Shown: in pieces, positions 52,365 to 64,000 of the stretch
How the letters are laid out: each line of letters opens with the position of its first letter
Numbering within the stretch: the first letter of the stretch is position 1
Program-made: the position numbers and the translations under genes
Notes under the pieces: model-generated
What the model saw: only the letters and a program-made list of their open reading frames with translations
The model's database searches: none
Told to the model about the DNA's origin: nothing
Source of the DNA: Octopus bimaculoides
Taxonomy: Eukaryota
Length of the DNA stretch: 64,000 bases
Assembly (NCBI RefSeq): GCF_001194135.2
Contig: NC_068982.1
Location: 126,010,727-126,074,726 of the forward strand
Reading direction: 5' to 3'

Positions 52365-52850
52365 GACTGCACTGGTTTGGTCATGTGATGCATATGGATG
52401 AGGACAGCTGCATAAAGAAGTGCTGAGTTTTAATTGTGGTAGGTACTTGTGGAAGGGATAGATCCTGGAAGACATGGGACAAAGTGATGAGAAAGGATCT
52501 TCGGATGCTAGGCCTCACTGAGGAAATGACAAGGGACCGAGAGATGTGGCGATTTGCTGTACTTGATAAGACATGTCAAGCTAAGTAAAATTGCTGTCTT
52601 CCACACATACAGGCTTGTCCTTTCAGGTGCCAGTGCCACATAAAAAGTACCCATGCTGATTAACACACCTGTGCCAGTGCTGCATAAATGCACTCATTCC
52701 TGTGGCACGTAAAAAGCACCCAGCATACTCTGTTAAGTGGTTGGCATTAGGAAGGGTACCCAGCTGTTGAAACCATGCCACAACTGACAGTTGGAGTCTG
52801 GACCATCCAATCCATGCCAGCATGGAAAGCAGACATTAAACAATGATGAT
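52365..52850 (+). mobile_element. RTE LINE 3' end (ORF C-terminus plus 3'UTR)
   Basis: RLHWFGHVMHMDEDSCIKKC...KTWDKVMRKDLRMLGLTEEMTRDREMWRFAVLDKT, continuing into the dispersed 3'UTR and (gat)n. Confidence 0.88.
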
Positions 52851-53384
52851 TTTNNNNNNNNNNNNNNNNNNNNNNNNNNNNNNNNNNNNNNNNNNNNNNN
52901 NNNNNNNNNNNNNNNNNNNNNNNNNNNNNNNNNNNNNNNNNNNNNNNNNNNNNNNNNNNNNNNNNNNNNNNNNNNNNNNNNNNNNNNNNNNNNNNNNNNN
53001 NNNNNNNNNNNNNNNNNNNNNNNNNNNNNNNNNNNNNNNNNNNNNNNNNNNNNNNNNNNNNNNNNNNNNNNNNNNNNNNNNNNNNNNNNNNNNNNNNNNN
53101 NNNNNNNNNNNNNNNNNNNNNNNNNNNNNNNNNNNNNNNNNNNNNNNNNNNNNNNNNNNNNNNNNNNNNNNNNNNNNNNNNNNNNNNNNNNNNNNNNNNN
53201 NNNNNNNNNNNNNNNNNNNNNNNNNNNNNNNNNNNNNNNNNNNNNNNNNNNNNNNNNNNNNNNNNNNNNNNNNNNNNNNNNNNNNNNNNNNNNNNNNNNN
53301 NNNNNNNNNNNNNNNNNNNNNAGCAAATCACCACATCTCTCGGTCCCTTGTCATTTCCTCAGTGAGGCCTAGCATCCGAAGATC

Positions 53385-53544
53385 CTTTCAATAATTCTAA
53401 ATAAATGTTTAATGACTAAATTAATAACATTTTAACATCTTTTATGCATACACACACACACATGTATATATTTCACACTCACACACACTATTCTCGCATT
53501 TACACACACGCATGTGCACCTTCTCTTGTTGGGATCACTAGCAC

Positions 53545-53584
<40 letters not shown>

Positions 53585-54277
53585 TATATATATATAATTT
53601 AATTTATATAAGGGCATTACTATACAATAATGCCTCACACTTTGAGGGACTTCATAAGTCAAAACTACCAAATATATATATATATAATCATTTTAATGGT
53701 CCACTTTTCTGTGTTTACATAAGCCAGATGGAATTTCTATGTGTGGACACCTTTCTAATGCTTACCCTCACCTATTTCCAAATAAGGAAATATTTTCCCC
53801 TGACCAGGCATATTTTCAAGAAAGATTACACTACTTGTATGATGGTGAAGCTTGCTTAGAATGATGTCAATACAAGAAAAACACATACACATTCAATGGC
53901 CCTCTTTTGGTTTTTGTCTACCAAATTCACTCACAAGGCTTTGGTCAGCCCAGTTCTGTAGTATAAGATTCGTCCAAGGTGCCACTTAGTGAAATAAAAC
54001 CAAAAGCATGTTATTAGGAAACAAACCACAGCATGGTGAATGATTAGAAAACAAGAGGTTGAAATAAGAGGAGATAATAATAAAAAAAGGGGGTTGAATG
54101 AAAGGGAGATAATAATAGTGCTAGTGATCCCAACAAGAGAAGGTGCACATGCGTGTGTGTAAATGCGAGAATAGTGTGTGTGAGTGTGAAATATATACAT
54201 GTGTGTGTGGGTGTGCATAAAAGATGTTAAAATGTTATTAATTTAGTCATTAAACATTTATTTAGAATTATTGAAAG
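53385..54277. repeat. Near-perfect 166-bp inverted repeat (53385-53550 / 54112-54277)
   Basis: Only about 2 mismatches between the arms, both in the CA-repeat part. Confidence 0.9.
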
Positions 54278-54279
54278 AT

Positions 54280-54960
54280 TCTGTCATGAGAAATGCACAG
54301 CAAAAATTGGAAAAAATCTAGGATATGGCAACTAAGATGTCTGAAATGTATTGGCAAAGTAAGACCAGTAAGATGATTTAGGTAAAGCTTTATCTACATC
54401 TTTGAGCATACAATATTTATGCAATGAATGTGCTGTAATGATTGAGATGGAAGATCTTTTAGCTGTTTGGTTAGAAGATTATTATCAGAAATGGATTCCA
54501 AATGATACAAATAATAATCATGCATAAAGCTCTTAGCTTGTTTTCCCATCTTAAAGAAGTGTATTGAAAGAGGACAATGTAATGTTCACAGCAAACAAAA
54601 GAAGTGGGTGGTTTGAAAACTCTAAATCTAGATTTGGATTGAAAAATGTCAAAATAACAGTAGATATTGCAAACACAGATAAAGACACCTCTTTTAAATT
54701 TCCTGTTGAATTTCAAAAATAATTGAAGAAAATTATGATGATTATTGTCATATTTTCAGTGTGCATGACACTGGCCTTTTCTAGAAGAAAATTTCCATCC
54801 AGAAATCTTTTGACAAAGCATGAAGCATCATATCCTGGATGTATGATATATGAAAAGATTGCATTACAATTATACTTCAAGGCAATGCTGAAGGAAATTT
54901 TTAATTAAATCTTTTACTTGTATATTGAGCTCAAAATCCTAAGGCATTAAAAGGCTACAA
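54280..54960 (+). mobile_element. Decayed Tigger/pogo (CENP-B-like) transposase fragment
   Basis: EDLLAVWLED..QKWIP, GWFENSKSRFGLKNVKIT, IFSVHDTGLF (DETGLFW), QGNAEG and QNPKALKGY motifs with stops and frameshifts. Confidence 0.8.
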
Positions 54961-55900
54961 TAAACAAACAGTTCTCATTATTATGCTTTAAGAGCTTAGC
55001 TGGTAAAAATGAGTAGTACCTGTATTTCAAAGGACCAGCCTTGTCTGGTTCTGCATCATGCTGCATCTCCCTGAGAACTACATTAAGGGTACATATGTCT
55101 GTGAATTGCTCAGCCACTTGCATGTTATCTTCATGAGCAGGCTGTTCCATTGATCAGATCAACTGGAACCAATCTCACATACCACCCTCAATTACTCTAC
55201 TTCCTTTATCCTTTTGTATGTCTATATATGAAAGACTTTTTTGGTCTGTCCTCATCATTCTACCTAAACCCATCTTCCCTTTTCCATCCACTTTCCCATT
55301 CACTTCAATTATCGCATTGTCATTCAAATGTCTCATCTTATCCCCTGTAATGACCACTCACTCACTGCCATCTGTCACTGTCTCTTCCCCAACAGTTTCT
55401 CCTACACCTCAATATCTTCTCATCTCTCTCCCTCTGGACTCTTCCCCTCCCATGACCCACACTGACTCCCTTTACATCTTCGCTGCCCTCACCTATATTC
55501 TCTTTACCTGGACCCCTCCCTCTTCATGCCCCACCTCATTACCCTTACCACTCTGTGCTTCCCTTTCTCACTAACCATAGAAACTAATCCTTTCCCTTTT
55601 TCCTGTCCCTTCCATACTCTCCTCTCCAAAAGTAACTATACTACCCTGTAACTCTCCTCAACCACACTCTCACAACTATAAATCTGTTTGTCTCATCATA
55701 GTTAACCCTTGCTTAAATCTCTCTCTCTCTCCTCTTTCTGTTATAGATGCCCTTTATGCTGTTTAGCTTTACAAGTTACAAGGCAACCTCTCTGTTGCTG
55801 GTGTCACAAAAAATGCACTCAGTACGCTCTTCAAAGTGGTTGTATTGGGAAGGGCATCCAGCTGTAGAAACTGTGCCAAAAGAGATATTAGAGCATTACG

Positions 55901-56114
55901 CTCTTTTACTCTTTTACTTGTTTCAGCCATTTGACTACGGCCATGCTGGAGCACCGCCTTTTAGTCAAGCAAATCGACCCCAGGACTTATTCTTTGGAAG
56001 CCTAGTACTTATTCTATCGATCTCTTTTGCCGAACCGCTAAGTTACGGGGGCATAAACACACCAGCATCGGTTGTCAAGCGATGTTGGGGGACAAACACA
56101 GACACAAACATATA

Positions 56115-56178
<64 letters not shown>

Positions 56179-56344
56179 TACGACGGGCTTCTTTCAGTTT
56201 CCGTCTACCAAATCCACTCACAAGGCTTTGGTCGGCCCGAGGCTATAGTAGAAGACACTTGCCCAAGGTGCCACGCAGTGGGAATGAACCCGGAACCATG
56301 TGGTTGGTAAGCAAGCTACTTACCACACAGCCACTCCTGCGCCT
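55901..56344 (-). mobile_element. SINE family A, full length, young-looking
   Basis: CpG retained; complete head aggcgcaggagtggctgtgtgg through tail aaaagagtaaaagag. Partial A copies lie at about 44665, 53915, 56365, 59855 and 62385. Confidence 0.9.
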
Positions 56345-57575
56345 ATTACATTACATAATCTTTTATCTTTTACTTGTTTCAATTATTAGACTGTGGCCAT
56401 GCTGGGGCACTACTTTGAAGGGCCCAGTCTAACAAATCAACTCTAATACTTATCATTTTAAAGTCTTGCACTTATTCTGTCTGTCACTTTTGTCAAACTG
56501 CTAAGTTATAGGTACTTAAACCAATAACAATTGTCAAGCAGTGGTGGAGGACAAGTACAAACTCAAGCACACAAACAAACATACATACATACATACATTA
56601 ATTAATTAATTAATTAATTAAAAGTCAGTTTGAATCTTGTTTGCTTGCAATGTTACCCAGCCAAACTAGTGCATAATGAGAAAATACTATGAATTAAGTT
56701 TACCCTGAAATGTTAATACGAATGGAATGAAACAAGTTTCATGCAAATCAGAGCTGTAGTTATTGAGATATTCGGGGTTTGGAGGTATAAATACTCAAGA
56801 CGATGTATAATGGGAAAATGTTCCAAATATAACTTCATCCTGAAAGGGAAGAAACTCTAACCTTTCGATTAGACAGTGATTTCACAATGAAAATATACGA
56901 TTTGTGTTTTTATAGTAAATGTTTCTATTTTAAATTTTGTTAAACACAATATTTTAATCATTTAGAAATATTTTTAAGTGAATGTCATTTCAGAATTGTA
57001 AGTTGTTTGTACAGTAAGTAGTTATGTTTTAGCTTTCTTTAAATAGTCAATATTTTAATGTTTTTTAATTATTTTCAAGTGAATACCATTACGAAAATTT
57101 TTTTTGACATTTTAAAAATATATTTTAAAGGGAAAATGACTTTAAAAATACAGTAAATATCTTGTAAAAGACCNNNNNNNNNNNNNNNNNNNNNNNNNNN
57201 NNNNNNNNNNNNNNNNNNNNNNNNNNNNNNNNNNNNNNNNNNNNNNNNNNNNNNNNNNNNNNNNNNNNNNNNNNNNNNNNNNNNNNNNNNNNNNNNNNNN
57301 NNNNNNNNNNNNNNNNNNNNNNNNNNNNNNNNNNNNNNNNNNNNNNNNNNNNNNNNNNNNNNNNNNNNNNNNNNNNNNNNNNNNNNNNNNNNNNNNNNNN
57401 NNNNNNNNNNNNNNNNNNNNNNNNNNNNNNNNNNNNNNNNNNNNNNNNNNNNNNNNNNNNNNNNNNNNNNNNNNNNNNNNNNNNNNNNNNNNNNNNNNNN
57501 NNNNNNNNNNNNNNNNNNNNNNNNNNNNNNNNNNNNNNNNNNNNNNNNNNNNNNNNNNNNNNNNNNNNNNNNNNN

Positions 57576-57610
<35 letters not shown>

Positions 57611-57764
57611 AAGCGATGAGCTGGCAGATACGTTAGCATGCCAGCTGTAGAAACACTGCCCAATCAGACTGGAGCCTGGTGCAGCCTCTTGGCTTCCCAG
57701 ACCGCAGTCGAACCGTCCAACCCATGCCAGCATGGAAAACGGACGTTAAACGATTATGATGATG
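57611..57764 (+). mobile_element. Chimera of a SINE D head (30 nt) and an RTE 3' end
   Basis: gagctggcagatacgttagcatg joined directly to ccagctgtagaaa...(gat)n. Confidence 0.65.
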
Positions 57765-58041
57765 AAAAGAATAACATCTATATAAGTACTTCATTAGCTT
57801 AAAGCTGTTTCTGCTATAAGAAGCAGTGCACTCAGAGCTGAGTGGTTGTGTAAGCTAATGAAGGTAACTCCCGTTCCTTTGCCATTCATTAACTGATATT
57901 ACACTCTGTACTCACCTAGTGCTTCACTCTAAAGCATATGTATATTGAGTTCTAACTAATAAATAGTATCACTAGGTCTAAGCAAAATCATAATGGATAT
58001 AAACATACACACATGGAAATATATACATATATATATATATT

Positions 58042-58518
<477 letters not shown>

Positions 58519-59526
58519 TTTATATATATATATATGCAAATTTGTTTCTATACATGCACACACACACACACACACACAACTTTTGCATGTAATTTGTGAA
58601 ATACTCTAAGTTCAAAATGTATGCCCTGTGTTCTTTAAAACGTTACCTTTGACAGAATCTTATCTAAAAATTGTAAATTTTTGAGCCACCTCCATTGCCT
58701 GTTCAAGTAAGAACATATCCAGGTGTGACTGATGTGTCAGGTATTGTTTTGTAGACATTTCCTTCCAATTCCAATACAGTTTGAAGGTGTTGATAGCTTC
58801 TCTGGTTTTTGTTCTCCTTTTTCTATTTGATGTTTTGGGGAAGAACATTGAATTAAAACAGGACCATTTAAGGTGTTAAACATATAGTGTAAAAGCATGT
58901 GTGAGTGTGACTTGCCTGGAGAAGGGTAGCTCTTGAACTGTACACTAACATCATTTGGATAATATTGATGGAATATTTTCTCTTTTCTGAAAATAATGTT
59001 GAAATTATGGCGTCGTTGAATCTACATGCTTTGAGGCAATCCAAGTTATCGACATTTGCCATGTTATGTATTATATTGTGTTAATCATTCTCTATAGTGC
59101 TTTGATACTTACGATTTTTGTTTTAGGGAGAACACAGGTAACAGCAGCAGCAATAGTGTAGATGTGACTGTGAAAAAAAAAATCAAGTGGAGAATAGTGT
59201 AGTGACGATAACATCTGGGTTTCTGAATAGAAAGTTCTTAAAGCCCTAAAGCTCAACTTCTACTTTAATGTTAATGTCCCTTTAGCTAAATTAATTGTCA
59301 ACAACAACACCTTAATCCCTAATGGTATTTGTTGTTGAGGAGTGGTTTCTCCGGAGAAAGAATTTATTTGTTCTTTATTTTGTTTTTGAAAAAGTGGGAA
59401 GAAAGAAAAAAAGAATGAATTGAAGTGTGTCTTGGTATCTTGGTTCAGTATCATGTGAGTTTTGACTATGATAAACTAGTGTTGGGCTGCTGTACCACTG
59501 CAATCTAACAGTATTCTCTTTCTCTG

Positions 59527-59590
<64 letters not shown>

Positions 59591-60190
59591 CATCATCATC
59601 ATCATTATTATTATTATTTTAAAATCCCACTTTCCCATGCTTGCATAGGTCAGGTAGAATTCTTTGAGGCAGATTTTCTGTCATCAACCCCTTCCTCAGT
59701 TTCCAAGCAAGGTAATATTTCCCCAAGGCCAACCAGACATATTTTTGCAGGATGTTGGAAATAAATGATGATGATGATGATGATGCTCATTTACAACTGT
59801 TGCTTGATGGCAATATAAGGCACATGCACATACACACACAAGCATATTTAAAATGAACATCTTTCAGTTTGTCAGCTAAATCCATTCACAAGGCTTTGGT
59901 CAACCCAGTGCTATAGAAGAAAATACTTGCCGATGTTGTGGGACTAAACCTGAAACTATGTTATGTTTGGGAAGTAAAATTTTTCACCACATAGTTATGC
60001 ATGCACCTTATTTTGTTATATATAAAAAATGATGTTAATAATGATTATTATATACAGGTGTATGTGTGTAAATTTATTTCATTGAAAACATACAGTTATT
60101 CACTGTGGTGTCCCTATTTGCAGTTCAGCTACAATTGGTGATGCTACCATGTCAGGTTTAGCTGCAATTGGTGACTTTTGTTGACATTAC

Positions 60191-60278
<88 letters not shown>

Positions 60279-60606
60279 TCTGTCCAACCCATGCTAGCAT
60301 GGAAAGCGGACGTTAAACGATGATGATGATGATGATATATATATATAGAAATATATATATATATACATGTGTGTGTGTGTATCACTGTCATCTTATCTGC
60401 TCATGTATATATTCATCTGTATATGTATATGCACGCTGTCATCAACCTTGATTTCTGATGGGATTGTATGAATATTTATTATATACGCTATAATAAATAT
60501 ATATGTATATGTAGTTATGTCTCCGGCTTGAATATGTGTTGGTTTTGACCAGGAATTACTTGATACCTGAATCTGTCTTCCCTTATTGAATTTATATATA
60601 TATATA

Positions 60607-60835
60607 CAGGGTTGGCCAAAAATCACCTGACAGTAAATCAAAACCATTTAATTCCAAGATTTATTTATGTTTAACAACTGAATGAATTTAATGAAAGCAT
60701 CTAAATATGAAACATCATGAAGATTGTTTAAACTAAAGTCCTTCTTAACTGTCACATTTTTCCATTTGAGTCAATACAGAATTACAGAAAGTATTTATGG
60801 AATTTTGATTTACTGTCAGGTGGCTTTTGGCCAAC
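60607..60835. mobile_element. Tc1/mariner-type MITE
   Basis: TA|CAGGGTTGGCCAAAAATCACCTGACAGTAAATCAAAA with an inverted copy at about 60803-60835; right end clipped by an RTE 3'UTR (about 60840-61170). Confidence 0.75.
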
Positions 60836-61289
60836 AAGTCATGGCCGATGCCAGTGCTAGTGGCACGTAAAAAGCACCGTTCAAGCATTGGGCCTCATAG
60901 AGGCAGTGACAGGTGACCATTACTCTTGGCGATATACTGTGCTTATACCAAGTGAGACCGTAGTTGTGGCTGATGCTGGTGTCAGGTCAGTGGCACGTAA
61001 ATAATGCCCACTACACTCTTGGAGTGGTTGGCATTTGGAAGGGCATCCAGCTGTAGAAACCTTGCCAAATCAGATTGGAACCTGTTGTAGCCCTGCCAGC
61101 TTACCAGTTTTCAGTCAAACCATCCAACCCATGCCAGCATAGAAAGCAGACGTTAAACAATGATGATGAATACATATAAGTTACATGGTCTGTATCAAAA
61201 ATTATCTTGAAATGAACTACCTCGACTTTGTAAAATATCAATACTTTTGTTCAGTAATACTGTAATATATTTATTCTCCCTTTTGTCAA

Positions 61290-61344
<55 letters not shown>

Positions 61345-62275
61345 TTTTCCTTGTTTATAGTCTCACACTCATTGCATGTATTCTTCCCTATTATATCTTT
61401 GGCCATGATTGCTCATTTATATTTCCTAACTAGAATATACTTATCAATCACAGAAGCACTAATGTTCAGAATCTGAGAGTCTTAACTCAGAGTCTTTGCC
61501 AATTAACCATGCTCTCTACAAACATATGTGCATGTCTACATTATGTGATGTTTATGGATAATGCCTCAATTAATTGTACACCAAACTCTTAAGTTTGGAA
61601 GTCCAAAATAAATTCTGTATTAAAACCAACTTAATAGTTTATACATTTAGAATTAATGAAGTACCAATCCTGCTTCTGTCTGGCTTGAGGCTTTTAACAT
61701 ATCTGTTTTAACACACCTAAAGTCTTGGCAGCCTGATCATCTTTCATCTTTTTAATTGCTTGTTATGTCAGTACTACATGATTCTCTGTGGTTGGCTTTC
61801 CAATTTGGTTGCTTTCATTTTCTCTTTCCATTCATATTCGTTCTTTAGTAATTTTCAAGCATTGATTACTTATTGGCCAAATAATAACCAAGTGCAAAAG
61901 TGGTCTACATTGAGGTGCACAGAATTTTCCCTAATTGCATTGTTGAAATATTTCCTATAATTTTCGTCTCTCTATCATATACATTTAACAACTGTTCATT
62001 TAACAACACAAATACTGTATTTCTCTAAGTATCACTAAGCATCATCATCAGCATTATAACATTCTCTTTTCCATGCTTGCATGGGTCAGATGGTATTCAT
62101 TGAGACAGATTTTCTATTACCAGGTGCCTTTCCTATCACCAACCTTCACCTGTTTTTAAGCAAGGTAATATTTTCCTATGATCAGATATCTTTTCAAGGA
62201 AGATTAAAAAGGAACGACACTGCTTGTATGACAGTGAAGCTCATTTAGAACCATCACATGAAGTCAACACACACA

Positions 62276-62372
<97 letters not shown>

Positions 62373-62854
62373 GCACACACACACACATGACAAGCTTCTT
62401 TCAGTTTCCATCTACCAGATTCACTTGCAAGGCTTTAGTCAGCCCAAGGCTGAAGTAGAAGACACTTACCCTAGTTGCCATCAGTAATAAGACACTTAAT
62501 TTAAATTTTTTGCATCTAAAATTTTAGGGTATGCAAATAGACTGAAATCATAGAGAGGAATGTTGAGAGGAAAGAAATACATTTAAGTTGGAACTGAAAT
62601 TTCAAATTAGTTTAAAACTTCAACTTTTTATTTAAGCTTAAGTTTCATATTTTTCCTGTGTACAATTTTGATTTGCAGAAACATTTCAGTTTTATGAAAT
62701 ATAACTTTAAACCTGAAAATAACTACAAAAAGGAGATTTAGTCTGAATCCCCAACCTGGATTAAATATTTCTTCAAATGTAGATTGGCAGCTTCTCACTT
62801 TCTTCAAATAAGCAATTTTTCTCTTCTTAATCAAGTCACATCCACAAATACTTT

Positions 62855-63060
62855 CATTATCATCATCATCATTTAACATCCCTTTTTCTATGTTGGTATG
62901 AGTTGGACGGTTCAACAAGAACAGACGAGCCAGAGGGCTCTGCCTGGTTCTCTGCTTTGGCTTGGTTTCTACAGCTGGATGCCCTTCGTAATGCCAACCA
63001 CTTCACAGTGTGTACTGGATGCTTTTTACTTGGCATCAGCATCGATAAGGTTGTCAAGTA
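62855..63060 (-). mobile_element. RTE 3'UTR copy (others near 16935, 33215, 40610, 49970, 55760, 60285; a related variant near 41050, 53690, 59620, 62040)
   Basis: Same conserved 3' end and (cat)n tail. Confidence 0.75.
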
Positions 63061-63696
63061 CCTACAAGATAAGACTCCTCAGCTGAGTGGAAGATAGACT
63101 GGAGAAAGAAACTATGATAGAGGGAGAGTAGCCAAGTGTCTTGCTGAAGAGGTAACTACATGGCTTGCCCATCTGGAAGAGAGAGAAAAAAACAGTGAGA
63201 GAGAAGAAAGAAAGAAACATAATCTAGACACAACTTTCTGATTTGAAATAATGACAGTGGACAGAGTTAAGCCGAAAGTCATGTATGATGTATTATAATT
63301 CTTATGGAAGTACTGAACTGCTCAATAACTCTACTTCAAGAATTTAGAACATTTAAATGATATGGAAAGGTCAAAAATGAAGAGCTTATTTTAGGTTGTT
63401 TTTATCCATTGCAAAGCAAGGATTAAGATTGGAGTTACGCTAAAAGTTACCAGAAGTGTTTAATAATCCATAAAGGGATTCTTTCTCCATTTGTAATTAT
63501 ACTCTGTATGGTGTATAAGTGAAATGCAAATGCTGATATGAGTGAAAGTGATAGATCATGCTAATAAATGGACATCAGATTGTAAAAACACTGAGCACAA
63601 TATGAGAGGTTTCTTTTGATAGTATTAGCATTGATAATAAAGAAGTGTTGTGATCCGATGGTTGATCATAACTGGGAAAGGGTTGACCTAGGAATA

Positions 63697-63945
63697 TCTA
63701 TATATATAAAAATGAGAATGTGTGTCTGTCTGTGTGAATCCCTAAAACTCGAGAACTACGCAACCCATTTCATTCAAATTTTACAGATGCCTTACTTAGG
63801 GTTCCATAATATCTCCTCCACTATTTAAGTATTACGCGTCAAAAGTGAAACAAAAACACTCATGTCAAATACTTTCACTTTAAAAATGAAACTATTCCAC
63901 TAACTGAAACAATCACATTTCGATACTGTAATGACAGATACTTTC
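63697..63945 (+). mobile_element. Helitron-like 5' end
   Basis: A|TCTATATATATAAAAATGAGAATGTGTGTCTGTCTGT start, typical of animal non-autonomous Helitrons; no 3' CTRR end or hairpin seen in the window. Confidence 0.5.
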
Positions 63946-64000
63946 AGAGAGAGAGAGATGTATATGTATATATATAGATGTATATGTACACATATATGTA

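Noticed and set aside
44840-55740. Polypurine/polypyrimidine tracts (44840-45170, 47140-47430, 55190-55740)
   Set aside because: Low-complexity decayed (CT)/(GA) sequence; no alignable structure or coding signal found.

Overview
Eukaryotic, very AT-rich and repeat-dominated DNA from a draft assembly with 7 N-gaps. The tRNA-headed SINE families, RTE-LINE 3' ends with (GAT)n tails and dense microsatellites point to a coleoid cephalopod, most likely Octopus (inference from family resemblance, no search run). No long ORF in the track is a credible host gene: they are microsatellite translations, gap read-throughs or transposon fossils. Recognisable content: two full-length decayed mariners (one Hsmar1/cecropia-like), an internally deleted Tc1/maT-like element, a Tigger/pogo fragment, several RTE fragments, a restriction-like-endonuclease non-LTR fragment, a CpG-rich solo LTR, piggyBac/hAT/Tc1/pogo-type MITEs, a Helitron-like end, dozens of SINE copies (here called A, C, D, E, G), a ~3.8 kb ~39-bp satellite and many local inverted repeats. 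The most interesting item is a tRNA-headed SINE-like element whose 3' part carries a Penelope-type minimal hammerhead ribozyme, present as two mutated inverted copies (42927-43334). Small splice-bounded open frames suggest that the window may be intronic in one or more host genes, but neither strand nor product could be established. Repeat boundaries are approximate (about +/-10-20 bp) unless a TSD or TIR is quoted.
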